Source: Chloroflexota bacterium (GTDB lineage Bacteria > Chloroflexota > Limnocylindria > Limnocylindrales > CSP1-4). Taken from it: DNA of 64,000 nt. The stretch is from contig DAOUEA010000009.1 of NCBI GenBank assembly GCA_034430475.1, positions 43,269-107,268 on the forward strand, given 5' to 3'. Numbering within the stretch: the stretch's first letter is position 1; each line of letters starts with the position of its first letter. Positions 39,174 through 47,789 of the stretch are shown in pieces. The notes beneath the pieces are model-generated. The model saw only the letters and a list, made by a program, of their open reading frames with translations, did no database searches and was not told where the DNA came from. Both the position numbers and the translations under genes were made by a program.

Positions 39174-40757
39174 CTAGTCCATAGGTTCGACTATCAGTAC
39201 CAGGCCCTCCTTTCGGATGACCCTGACCTTCGTGCCGCGGGCGACCTTGCCGCCCCCTTCGAGCCTGGCGGACCAGGATTCCCGGGCAACGTACACGGTT
39301 CCGGTCGGCGCCAGATCGCTCTCCACCCGCCCTGCCAGGCCTACGAGCTCGTCGGTGCCCACCATCCCGGAGCCGACGGGAATGGGCTCGCGCCGCATGT
39401 CCAGAAGAGTCTTCACCAGCAGCAGGCTGAAGGCGCCCGTGGCCGCGGCCATGATGCCGATGATCGGCCAGGCTACGGCGGCCGCGGGCTGGTACGGCCC
39501 CGGCGACCCGTAGAGGGCCATCGCGCCCACGACGAAGGTCACCAGCCCACCCAGCGTCAGAAGGCCGTAGCTGGGAACGGCAGGCTCCGCGACGAGCATC
39601 GCGATCCCGACACCCACAAGGACCAGCCCCAGAACGTTCAGAGGCAGGCTGCCGAAGCCGTAGAAAGCCAGCGCCAGGGCGATGGCTCCGGTGAGCCCGG
39701 ACACGATCGAGGGGTTGAACAGCTCGAGGCCGATGAGCAGGATGCCGAGGACCAGCAGGATGAAGGCGACGTTGGGGTCGTGCAGGCCGTGCAATACGGC
39801 CTGGATCAGATCCTCCCGGATCGTGACTACCGTCGCCCCGCCGGTGTTGAGCGTGACCTGCTCTCCGTTGACAGTCACGACCTGGCCGTCGGCCTGAGCC
39901 AGGAGATCGTCCAGGCTGGCGGCGATGCCGTCGATGGCCTTCGCGTCGAAGGCCTCCTGGAACGTGTATGAACGGGCGTCGCTCACCGTGCTGGCCGCCC
40001 ATTCGACCGCCTCGGGATGCCGCTCCTGGGCGATGCTGCGGATCTCGGCCACGGCGTCTTCCATGATCTTGCGGGCTTCGGTGTTGCCATAGGTCGAGGC
40101 CAGGTCTCCCCCACCCGCTGCGACCGGCGACGCGGCTCCGATGTTGGTGCTCGGCGCCATGTAGGCCAGGTTGGCCGAGAGAGTGATGAAGGTGCCGGCG
40201 CTGGCCGCCTTGGAGCCGGACGGCCCCACCCAGACGATGGTCGGAATGTCCGCATGGAGCGACTTGACGATGCGGTTCATCGAGTCGCTGTCACCGCCCA
40301 GCGTGTCCAGCTGGACGACGACCGCCACGGCGCCGTCGGCCTCAGCTCGCTCGATGCCGCCCGAGATGAAGTCGGCCATGACGCCGTCGACGACGCCCGA
40401 AGCCGGCAGGACCACGACTTTCGAGCCGTCGGCAGCGGGCTGTTGCGAAGGGTCGGGAGTGGCGAGAGGCGGAACCATGCCCACGTTCGAGCCGCCGGTG
40501 CGCAGGTTGGCCACGGCGAACAGCATCCCCGCCGCCACGGCCAGCGTGACCGCGACCCGGGCGGCGCCCGCTATGGCTCGCCCGGCTGTGCCGGGCATGC
40601 CCGCGGCGGATCCCAGCGACCATCGCTGCCGGGGCCGGGACTGAACCGACCATGGCAGATCGGCTACCTCGTCCGGAAGGGCAGGCGCCCTGGTGCTCGC
40701 CGCGAAGCGCCGCAGGCGCTGCTCCATGTCGAGGTCTTCGTCGTATTCGGCGCTCAC
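39174..40757 (-). CDS. NfeD-family membrane-bound ClpP-class serine protease with a 55-aa cytoplasmic N-terminal extension
   Basis: ClpP-like domain (VVQLDTLGGDSDSMNRIV...IVWVGPSGSKAASAGTFI), multiple TM helices, and a C-terminal OB-fold. I chose GTG 40757..40755 because it has a strong GGAAGGAGG Shine-Dalgarno 7 nt upstream and overlaps the ECF sigma stop (GTGA). Alternative ATG starts at 40727 or 40598 lack a Shine-Dalgarno sequence. Confidence 0.75.
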   Translation of the reverse strand: MSAEYDEDLDMEQRLRRFAASTRAPALPDEVADLPWSVQSRPRQRWSLGSAAGMPGTAGRAIAGAARVAVTLAVAAGMLFAVANLRTGGSNVGMVPPLATPDPSQQPAADGSKVVVLPASGVVDGVMADFISGGIERAEADGAVAVVVQLDTLGGDSDSMNRIVKSLHADIPTIVWVGPSGSKAASAGTFITLSANLAYMAPSTNIGAASPVAAGGGDLASTYGNTEARKIMEDAVAEIRSIAQERHPEAVEWAASTVSDARSYTFQEAFDAKAIDGIAASLDDLLAQADGQVVTVNGEQVTLNTGGATVVTIREDLIQAVLHGLHDPNVAFILLVLGILLIGLELFNPSIVSGLTGAIALALAFYGFGSLPLNVLGLVLVGVGIAMLVAEPAVPSYGLLTLGGLVTFVVGAMALYGSPGPYQPAAAVAWPIIGIMAAATGAFSLLLVKTLLDMRREPIPVGSGMVGTDELVGLAGRVESDLAPTGTVYVARESWSARLEGGGKVARGTKVRVIRKEGLVLIVEPMD

Positions 40758-41359
40758 TTCGCGCCTCCTTCCAGAGGTTCGATGCGGCGGCGCAGTGCCT
40801 GCATCGCCGCGTGATGCCGGGACTTGACCGTGCCGACGGGTATCCCCAACCGGTCGGCGATCTCGGCCAGGGGCATGTCGCCCCAGTAGCGCAGGATCAC
40901 GACCATCCGTAGTTCCGTGCTCAACGCCGATAGGGCCCGGCCGACGGCATCGCGAGCCAGAGAAGCCCGGAACGGATCGCCCGCCTCCAGGTCGGCTTCG
41001 TCGATGTCGGTCGTCCGCCACTTGCTCTGCCGGCGCAGCTTGGAGCGGCAGACGTTGACCAGGATCTGGTTGAACCAGGAGTGGAACTTGTCCCTGTCGC
41101 GGAGCTGCGACCAGGCTCGCCAGGCCCGCACGGAGGCGTCCTGGACGGCATCCTGGGCCTCCGAGGCGTCGGCCAGCATGTAGCCGGCCAGCCTGTATGC
41201 GCCGGGCAGCTCTTCGGAGAGCGCCGTCGCGAATTCGGTATCGATGGCCTTGGCGGGCGCAGACTCCTCCCGGACAGGGGCGCGGACTGCGTCGGCAGGC
41301 AAATATGCTTCCTCGGCGAACATGCCGCTCTCTCTAGACGGACCTCGGCGATTGCTCAT
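40754..41359 (-). CDS. ECF (sigma-70 family) RNA polymerase sigma factor
   Basis: Region 2 (AQDAVQDASVRAWRAW...FHSWFNQILVNV) and region 4 HTH (MPLAEIADRLGIPVGTVKSRHHAAMQALRR). Confidence 0.85.
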   Translation of the reverse strand: MSNRRGPSRESGMFAEEAYLPADAVRAPVREESAPAKAIDTEFATALSEELPGAYRLAGYMLADASEAQDAVQDASVRAWRAWSQLRDRDKFHSWFNQILVNVCRSKLRRQSKWRTTDIDEADLEAGDPFRASLARDAVGRALSALSTELRMVVILRYWGDMPLAEIADRLGIPVGTVKSRHHAAMQALRRRIEPLEGGAK

Positions 41360-41970
41360 CGGTTAGACCCCGCCGCTGCCACGGAGGTTCGGTCCCGCAG
41401 GGCGTCCAGGACGAGCTGGCTCCAGGTCTCCATCTGCCCGTAGGCAGCCATCGTGACCTCGATCGTCTCGAACGAGCCGCTCAGCTTGTGGGTCTCGCGG
41501 ACCGCCACCGGTCGTGCGGCCGCATCGGCCAGATAGACGACCCCCAGGTGATGGCGGCCCACGTCGACCTCATCGTCGTTGAGGAGCCCGAAGTAGGTGA
41601 AGTCCGGCATGAAGTCGGCCACGAGCTCCTCGTGCCACTCCCGCTGGAGGGTTTCCATGATCGAGCCGTCGCCCGGGTTCATGTGGCCGCCCACGCCCAC
41701 GGTGTAGTGGTCATGGAGGCGGGCATCGCCGCCGGCCCGGGTCCGCTTCATCAAGAAGATGCGCTCGCCGTCCCGCAGCACGAGGTACGGGATGATCTGC
41801 TTGATGCTGGCGTCGACCTCGGCTTCCGGGCGGGGGTAGAAGGAGCCGTGACGCCCGATGGTTTGCAGGATCTGCGTCGGGTCCACGGTGCGCACGCCTC
41901 GCCAGCTCCCATCCGGCATCAGGATGTCGCGCGGCACCGCGTAGACCATCTCCATGGCGCCGGGGGTCAC
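41356..41970 (-). CDS. hypothetical protein, possibly a divergent NUDIX-fold hydrolase
   Basis: GGHMNPGDGSIMETLQREWHEEL loosely resembles a Nudix box. Overlaps tyrA and the sigma factor with ATGA junctions. Confidence 0.4.
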   Translation of the reverse strand: MTPGAMEMVYAVPRDILMPDGSWRGVRTVDPTQILQTIGRHGSFYPRPEAEVDASIKQIIPYLVLRDGERIFLMKRTRAGGDARLHDHYTVGVGGHMNPGDGSIMETLQREWHEELVADFMPDFTYFGLLNDDEVDVGRHHLGVVYLADAAARPVAVRETHKLSGSFETIEVTMAAYGQMETWSQLVLDALRDRTSVAAAGSNR

Positions 41971-42851
41971 GACCGCTCCTCATCGAGTCGCGCCCTGGCG
42001 GCCGCGAAGCGTGCCTTGAGGGCCTGAGAATCCGGCCCGTCGCCGGACTCCAGGGCGGCAATCCACTCATCCAGGACGGCCCGAAGCTCGCGCAGTCGCG
42101 CGGCCACGGCCGGACCGTTGGTGGCCACGATGCCGGCCCCCATCGAAGGTTCGCCGCGCGCCAGGCGGGTCATGCTCGCCCAGCCCGTCGCGGCCAGGGT
42201 CGAGATCGCCTCCCAGTCGCCTCGATCCGGCTCCCCGGCGCGGCCCACTACGGCCTCCACGAGCGCAGTCGAGACCACGAGCGGCATGTGGCTGATCGCG
42301 GCCACGGCCCGGTCGTGGGCTTCGGCGTGCATCGGGATGGCCACGGCGCCGCATGCGCGTATCAACTCACCCACCCTCTCACCATCCTCGAGGCGCGCGT
42401 ACCGGCCCGGCACCGTGACCCAGGGGCGGCCCACGAACAGCTCGGGCAGCGAAGCGGAGTAGCCGCTCTGCTCGCGGCCGGCCATGGGGTGCCCGCCCAC
42501 GAAGGGCAGGCGGGCGGCATCGGCCCGGGCTACGACGCTGGCCTTGGCGCTGGCGACGTCGGTCACCGTCGCATCCTCGGGCAGGGCGGCCCGCAGAGGC
42601 CCTCCGATCTGGTCGAGCAGCTCCAGGCAGGTCAGCGGCGGAGCCGCCAGCACCACAAGGTCCGAGCCTTCGATGACATCTTCCAGCGCCGGCCTCGCGG
42701 CGTCGACCACGCCGTCGGCCACCGCCTGCTCGACCGTGGCCATCGTCCGGCTCCAGGCGGTCACATGCCAGTCTTCCGACCCGGCGCGGGCCCGCAGGGC
42801 GCGCGCGATCGAACCGCCGATGAGCCCGAAGCCGACGATGGAGACTCGCAC
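41967..42851 (-). CDS. tyrA: prephenate dehydrogenase
   Basis: NAD-binding VSIVGFGLIGGSIA and TyrA catalytic region (GGHPMAG...H). Confidence 0.85.
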   Translation of the reverse strand: MRVSIVGFGLIGGSIARALRARAGSEDWHVTAWSRTMATVEQAVADGVVDAARPALEDVIEGSDLVVLAAPPLTCLELLDQIGGPLRAALPEDATVTDVASAKASVVARADAARLPFVGGHPMAGREQSGYSASLPELFVGRPWVTVPGRYARLEDGERVGELIRACGAVAIPMHAEAHDRAVAAISHMPLVVSTALVEAVVGRAGEPDRGDWEAISTLAATGWASMTRLARGEPSMGAGIVATNGPAVAARLRELRAVLDEWIAALESGDGPDSQALKARFAAARARLDEERS

Positions 42852-43008
42852 CCGCCCATTATGGCCGCGCCGCCCGCGCCGGATCGCGGCCAGGCGCGGG
42901 ACAGATGGCTGCGCGCGGGCTCGCGGGCTCCGTTTAGAATGCGGGCGGCGGCGATTTCACCAGTTCGCTGGGCCGCAGGCCATCGCTGCCAGGGAAAGGG
43001 CGCGCGAG

Positions 43009-43704
43009 ATGCTCGAATCGCATGGCGAGACTCGACCGATCCGGGTCCTCCTCGTCGACGACCATCAGCTCCTGACAGGGGCGCTGTCCCAGATGCTGAG
43101 CCGCGAGCCTGACATCGCCGTCGTCGGCGTCGCGGGCACCGTGGCCGAGGCCAAGGCCCTGGCCCGTGAGCGGCTGGACGTCGTGCTGATGGACTACAGG
43201 CTGCCGGACGGGACAGGCGCCGAGGCCACTCGCGCCATCAAGGCTCGCTGGCCGGCAGCGCGGGTCGTGATGCTGACCGCACTGACCGACGACGAAACGG
43301 TCCTGGAATCGATCCAGGCCGGCGCCGACGGCTACCTGACCAAGGATCGGGCTATCGACGAGGTCGTGAGTGCCGTCCGGGCGGCTCACGCCGGAGAGAC
43401 GCTCTTGCCGCGCTCGGTCATCGTCGGCATCGCCCAACGGGTGGCCGCCGCCCGGGAGCGCGGCACGGAGCGACGGCAAATCGAGCCGCTCACGCCGCGC
43501 GAGCTGGAAGTCCTGAAAGCGCTGACCGAAGGCCTGGCCACGCCGGAGATATGCGAGCGCCTCTACATCGCGCCCAACACCCTCCGGACGCACGTTCAGA
43601 ACATCATGGGCAAGCTACGCGTGCACTCCAAGCTGGAAGCCGTCGCCTTCGCCCTCCGCCACCGCCTGGTGGAGCCCCCCAAGCCGGAAGACACCCTGTT
43701 CTAG
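43009..43704 (+). CDS. two-component response regulator, NarL/FixJ (LuxR) family
   Basis: REC (IRVLLVDDHQLL...VVLMDYRLPDGTG...GADGYLTKD) plus a LuxR HTH (LTPRELEVLKALTEGLATPEICERLYIAPNTLRTHVQNIMGKL). ATG at 43009. Confidence 0.9.
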   Translation: MLESHGETRPIRVLLVDDHQLLTGALSQMLSREPDIAVVGVAGTVAEAKALARERLDVVLMDYRLPDGTGAEATRAIKARWPAARVVMLTALTDDETVLESIQAGADGYLTKDRAIDEVVSAVRAAHAGETLLPRSVIVGIAQRVAAARERGTERRQIEPLTPRELEVLKALTEGLATPEICERLYIAPNTLRTHVQNIMGKLRVHSKLEAVAFALRHRLVEPPKPEDTLF

Positions 43705-43723
43705 TCCGGTCCCGGCGCTACCC

Positions 43724-43960
43724 TCAGGCCACGCTCCGGCGTCGCTGGGCCACCCTCCGGTCGCTGAACCGCCGCTCGCCGGTCTCGGGTACTCCCATGG
43801 TCATCTGGCGCCGAACCCAGAAGCGCCGATCCTCCACCCGACGATCCTCGTCGAGCATGGAGCCGCAGCGCCGGCACTGCTTCTCCTCTGCGAACAGCAG
43901 ATTCACCGGCACGGTGGCCCACATCGATCTTCCGCAGTTGCGGCAGGCAAGTCTCGGCAT
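43724..43960 (-). CDS. small zinc-ribbon protein (78 aa), hypothetical
   Basis: CxxC(6-9)...CxxC(29-32) then an Arg-rich tail. High GC3 codon usage. Convergent with the LuxR regulator. Confidence 0.45.
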   Translation of the reverse strand: MPRLACRNCGRSMWATVPVNLLFAEEKQCRRCGSMLDEDRRVEDRRFWVRRQMTMGVPETGERRFSDRRVAQRRRSVA

Positions 43961-44204
43961 GGGCGAATGCTACTTCAAGCCGCGTTTTCGGGCCGCAGGC
44001 CCCGCTACGCCGAAACGAACGAGGCGCAGACGCAAACAACGCCAACTAATACGGTGAACGGATGATGTCCCGGCCGCCCCCGCGGGCGATCATCTGGATG
44101 TTCGCCAGGAATGGCGACAGACGGCCACTCGGGCAAGTGGCCGTGTCGGCGGGTCGCTTCGCTCCCCCCGGGGCGACCCGCTCCGCAACAGAATGTCCTT
44201 CCCC

Positions 44205-44237
44205 GCCGATCGCTTCCTCCCTCCTCCAGCGATCGGC
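44205..44237 (-). promoter_or_regulatory. perfect 10-bp stem hairpin with a 13-nt polypurine loop (GGAGGAGGGAGGA on the minus strand)
   Basis: GCCGATCGCT-tcctccctcctcc-AGCGATCGGC seen directly. It lies in the 3' region of trpB2 and about 245 nt upstream of the zinc-ribbon ORF. Confidence 0.5.
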
Positions 44238-44254
44238 TGCCCTGAGAAGGGATC

Positions 44255-44282
44255 AAGAGCCGCGTCGATTGACGCGGCTCTT
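44255..44282 (-). terminator. candidate intrinsic terminator downstream of trpB2 (12-bp perfect stem, GATT loop)
   Basis: AAGAGCCGCGTC-GATT-GACGCGGCTCTT sits 22 nt after the trpB2 stop. The flanking sequence is only moderately U-rich, so it may act in both directions. Confidence 0.5.
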
Positions 44283-44303
44283 GTCGTTCTCGGGGCGACA
44301 GCC

Positions 44304-45656
44304 TCAGCCGACGCGCGCCAGGGCCTCCTCGATCTCCTTGGCCGGGAGCTCGTAGTCCTGCAGCTTGCCGGACAGATAAGCCTCATACGCGGCCAGGTCG
44401 AAGTGACCGTGGCCGGACAGGTTGAACAGGATGACTTTCTTCTCGCCCTTCTTCTTGCACTCGAGGGCTTCATCGACGGCCACCCGGATGGCGTGGTTCG
44501 ACTCCGGCGCGGGCAGGATGCCTTCCGTGCGGGCGAACAGGACGCCGGCCTCGAAGCAGGGCACCTGGTGGACAGCTCTGGCCTCCACATAGCCATGCTC
44601 CTTGAGCAGGCTGACCTGCGGCGCCATGCCGTGATAGCGCAGCCCGCCGGCATGGATCGGCTTGGGCACGAAATCGTGGCCGAGCGTGTACATCATGACC
44701 ATCGGCGCCATCTTGGCCGTGTCGCCGTAGTCGTACATGAACTTGCCCCGGGTCAGAGTCGGCGCCGCGAGGGGCTCGACGCAGATGACCTGGTACTTGC
44801 GGCCGCCGCGCAGCGTCTGGCCGATCCAGGGGAAGAACAGCCCGGCGAAGTTGGACCCGCCGCCGACGCAGCCGATGATGATGTCTGGCTCCTCGCCGGC
44901 CATCTCCATCTGGGCGATCGACTCCTCGCCCACGATCGTCTGGTGGAGCAGGACGTGGCTCAGGACCGATCCGAGCGAGTAGTGCGTGTCATCTCGCTTC
45001 ATCGTGTCCTCGACCGCCTCGCTGATGGCGATGCCGAGGGACCCCGGGCTCTTCGGATCCTGGGCCAGGATGGCCTTTCCCGCCTCCGTCTCGGGGCTCG
45101 GGCTGGGCGTGACGCTCGCGCCGTACGTCTCCATCAGGATGCGGCGATACGGCTTCTGGTCGTAGCTGGCCCGGACCATGTAGACCTTGATCTCGATCCC
45201 GAAGACGGCACCGGCGTGAGACAGGGCGCTGCCCCACTGGCCCGCCCCGGTCTCAGTCGCGATGCGCGTGATGCCTTCTTCCTTGTTGTAGAAGGCCTGG
45301 GCCAGGGCGGTGTTGGGCTTGTGACTGCCGGCCGCGCTCAGGCCCTCGTACTTGAAGTAGATGTGGGCGGGCGTGTCGAGAGCCTTCTCGAGACGGTGGG
45401 CCCGGACCAGCGGGCTGGGGCGGTACTGCGCGTAGGCCGCCCGCACCGGGTCGGGGATCTCGATCTCGCGCTCCGTCGAGACCTCCTGCATGATCAGCGC
45501 CATCGGGAAGAGGGCCGCCAGATCGGGCGGGGTCAGGGGCTCGTGCGTGACGGGGTGGAGCGGCGGCGACTGCGGGACGGGCAGATCCGCCGAGATGTTG
45601 TACCAGGCCCGAGGGATCTTCTCCTCGTCCAGCAAGAAACGCGTTCGCTCGACCAT
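44304..45656 (-). CDS. trpB: tryptophan synthase beta chain, TrpB2 type
   Basis: PLP lysine region ([12 protein letters not shown]) and the TrpB2-specific long N-terminus and insertions. ATG 45656 has GGAGGAG upstream. Confidence 0.85.
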   Translation of the reverse strand: MVERTRFLLDEEKIPRAWYNISADLPVPQSPPLHPVTHEPLTPPDLAALFPMALIMQEVSTEREIEIPDPVRAAYAQYRPSPLVRAHRLEKALDTPAHIYFKYEGLSAAGSHKPNTALAQAFYNKEEGITRIATETGAGQWGSALSHAGAVFGIEIKVYMVRASYDQKPYRRILMETYGASVTPSPSPETEAGKAILAQDPKSPGSLGIAISEAVEDTMKRDDTHYSLGSVLSHVLLHQTIVGEESIAQMEMAGEEPDIIIGCVGGGSNFAGLFFPWIGQTLRGGRKYQVICVEPLAAPTLTRGKFMYDYGDTAKMAPMVMMYTLGHDFVPKPIHAGGLRYHGMAPQVSLLKEHGYVEARAVHQVPCFEAGVLFARTEGILPAPESNHAIRVAVDEALECKKKGEKKVILFNLSGHGHFDLAAYEAYLSGKLQDYELPAKEIEEALARVG

Positions 45657-45822
45657 CGATCTCCTCCAATCACTCTGCGGCGACTCTCGGATCCGGTCCC
45701 CCGATCCACCATCCAAGCGGTAGCGTGAAGCCTACGACCTGCAGCAGCAGCCCTGCACGGCAAGTGCGCACAATGGCCCCGGGCGATCCCCTCTCCACGT
45801 CCCGCGCTCCCGCGCTCCGATC

Positions 45823-46440
45823 TCAGCCCAGCCGGGCCTCCGAGACGACATCGTAGCGCGAGGGCCCGCGCCCGATGTGGCTTCGATACAGGACCAGGCC
45901 GCCGGCCTGCCAGCCCAGCCGCATGTCTCGCGCCAGCTCGACAAGGCGCCTCGCCCGGGCTTCAGAACCGGGCACCCCATCGGTCCGGGCCAGGGTCAGA
46001 TGGGCCGACAGCGGCCGCTCGTCGCGAGGCCAGCCGCAGGCAGCCAGCTCGTCGTTGAGCCGATCCGTCAGCGTGGCCAGCTGTGGCTCGCCCGCGACCA
46101 CGCCGATCCACAGAACCCGCGGCCGGCTGGGCGACGGGAAGGCCCCTCCCCCGCCGAGCTCGATGCGGAACGGCGCCACTCCGCGGGCGGCGGCAGCCAG
46201 GGCCTGGCTCAGCTCCGGGATGCGGTCGTTGGGTGTGGCGCCCATGAAGCGCAGGGTGAGGTGCAGGCCCTCGACGCTGACCCAGCGCGGCTGGCCCGGG
46301 GCGCGCACCTCGATCGGTGCGCCCGCCAGCTGCCGCATCAGCTCGGCGACAGCGTCGCGAACATCGTTCGCGACCGGCACGGCCACAAACAGCCTGCTGG
46401 TATCGGGCGGGTCGTCGGCCGGAGTGTGGTATCGGCGCAT
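45823..46440 (-). CDS. thpR: RNA 2',3'-cyclic phosphodiesterase ThpR (LigT-like 2H phosphoesterase)
   Basis: Two H-x-T/S-x motifs (HLTLRF and HLTLAR) in a roughly 200-aa protein. Confidence 0.8.
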   Translation of the reverse strand: MRRYHTPADDPPDTSRLFVAVPVANDVRDAVAELMRQLAGAPIEVRAPGQPRWVSVEGLHLTLRFMGATPNDRIPELSQALAAAARGVAPFRIELGGGGAFPSPSRPRVLWIGVVAGEPQLATLTDRLNDELAACGWPRDERPLSAHLTLARTDGVPGSEARARRLVELARDMRLGWQAGGLVLYRSHIGRGPSRYDVVSEARLG

Positions 46441-46487
46441 GCCGCAATCCTAGTTCCTGCTCGATCGAGAGGCGCCTTGGCGGCGGC

Positions 46488-46609
46488 CTCGCGCCGCGAG
46501 CGGTGCCGGGCGCGAGCGCATTCGGCGACCGAAGGTTGGTTATGCGCGAAGCGAGGGCCCCCTGAGAAGGCGCGAGGCAGCGGCTCGCCGCGAGCGGTGT
46601 CGGGCAGCC
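46488..46609. repeat. 20-nt imperfect direct repeat (cgccgcgagcggtgYcgggc), two copies about 95 bp apart, in the thpR upstream / DnaB-C downstream intergenic region
   Basis: Seen directly at about 46491-46512 and 46586-46605. Confidence 0.5.
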
Positions 46610-47695
46610 TCAGTCGTTGTAGAGGCGCTCTTCGATCAGCTTCTCCTGGACGGTCCGCCCGTTCGGGTCGAAGCAGGAGTACTCGAAGTGCTTCTCGAAC
46701 TCGAGGTCGACCGCGTCCTTGCCGCCCCGGTTCTTCTCAACGGAGACGATCACCCAGTCGCGGAAACGCTGGGCCTGGTAGGGGTTGAACTCGATGTTGA
46801 CCTTGGCCACGATGTGGTACTTCTCGTTGAGGATCAGGATGATGTCGGCCTCGTAGTTGATAGCCGACGAGCCACGCAGGTGGTGGTTGCGCAGCCGCTG
46901 GGCCTTGAGGCCCTCCTTGTCCGCGGCCACGATGGAGATCATCGCCACCTGCTCGGAGAGGGCGATGTCCTTGAGGCCGTTGACGACGAAGGTGACCTTC
47001 TCCGACTCGGTGGGCGGCTCGGGGTAGACCGGCACCTTCTGCAGGTAGTCAACGACCACGAACAGGCGCCGGTCCCCGGACAGATGGCGGTGCTCCTGCA
47101 CGAGCTTGCGGATGTTCTCGACGGTGCTGGCCGTCTGCGAGCCGCGCATCAGGTACAGGCTCTGGCCGAAACGGGCGATGCGGTCCAGGCTCGGTCGGAG
47201 CTTCTGGTTCGCCGTCAGACCTCCCCCACCCTGGCCCTCGGCCATCATCGTGGCCAGGATCTCCTTGCGGACGTCCACGATCTTGATCGCGCCCGCCTTC
47301 TGCGGCAGGTGGGCCATGAGCGATTCCATCGCGATCATGCGGTTGAGCAGGTACTGCTCCTCGTGCTCGAAGCAGATGTACAGGACGTTGGCCATGCCGC
47401 TGGAGGCCACGTTCCGGCCCATCTGAAGCGCCATCGTCGTCTTACCCGTGCCCTGGGCCCCGCCGATGAGCAGCAGCTCGCCCGGCCGGAGACCCTCGCC
47501 GATGGTCTTGTCGAGCATGCCGAAGCCAAGCGGAATGGGCTGGTACTCGCCGAACTTGCCGGTCGACAGGTTGTCGTTGAGGTCGACCATCACGTCCAGG
47601 GCGGACCGCGGCACCATGCTGCCGTTGTCCGTGTCGAGGCGCCAGGTCTTCCCAGAGGTGGAGTCGGATTCGAGCGGACGGATCGGCGTGGTCAC
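46610..47695 (-). CDS. orphan DnaB-like helicase C-terminal (RecA-fold) domain ATPase lacking the DnaB N-terminal domain
   Basis: IPLGFGMLDKTIGEGLRPGELLLIGGAQGTGKTTMALQ (Walker A), VVVDYLQ (Walker B) and RGSSAINYEADIILIL (arginine finger region) all match the DnaB C-terminal domain. It is only 361 aa. Confidence 0.75.
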   Translation of the reverse strand: MTTPIRPLESDSTSGKTWRLDTDNGSMVPRSALDVMVDLNDNLSTGKFGEYQPIPLGFGMLDKTIGEGLRPGELLLIGGAQGTGKTTMALQMGRNVASSGMANVLYICFEHEEQYLLNRMIAMESLMAHLPQKAGAIKIVDVRKEILATMMAEGQGGGGLTANQKLRPSLDRIARFGQSLYLMRGSQTASTVENIRKLVQEHRHLSGDRRLFVVVDYLQKVPVYPEPPTESEKVTFVVNGLKDIALSEQVAMISIVAADKEGLKAQRLRNHHLRGSSAINYEADIILILNEKYHIVAKVNIEFNPYQAQRFRDWVIVSVEKNRGGKDAVDLEFEKHFEYSCFDPNGRTVQEKLIEERLYND

Positions 47696-47789
47696 CAGTG
47701 CCTCCAGCCTGCTGCTGTCGGGTTTCGAGCAGCGGCAATCCTAGCAGCCCATAGGGGGGCCTTCCAGGCGCCGAAGGTCCCCCCTCGAC

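Noticed and set aside
41320-41345. Apparent in-frame TAG near the 5' end of the ECF sigma ORF when the printed sequence is indexed by hand
   Set aside because: The computed ORF track shows an uninterrupted 201-aa frame whose C-terminal frame I verified. The discrepancy is most likely a one-base reading or indexing slip on my side.
44005-44256. 83-aa minus-strand ORF in the trpB2 / zinc-ribbon intergenic region
   Set aside because: The translation is low-complexity (RGRPGGSE..., a C-terminal VCVCASF stretch). It overlaps the hairpin and terminator structures, so it is more likely a non-coding regulatory region.
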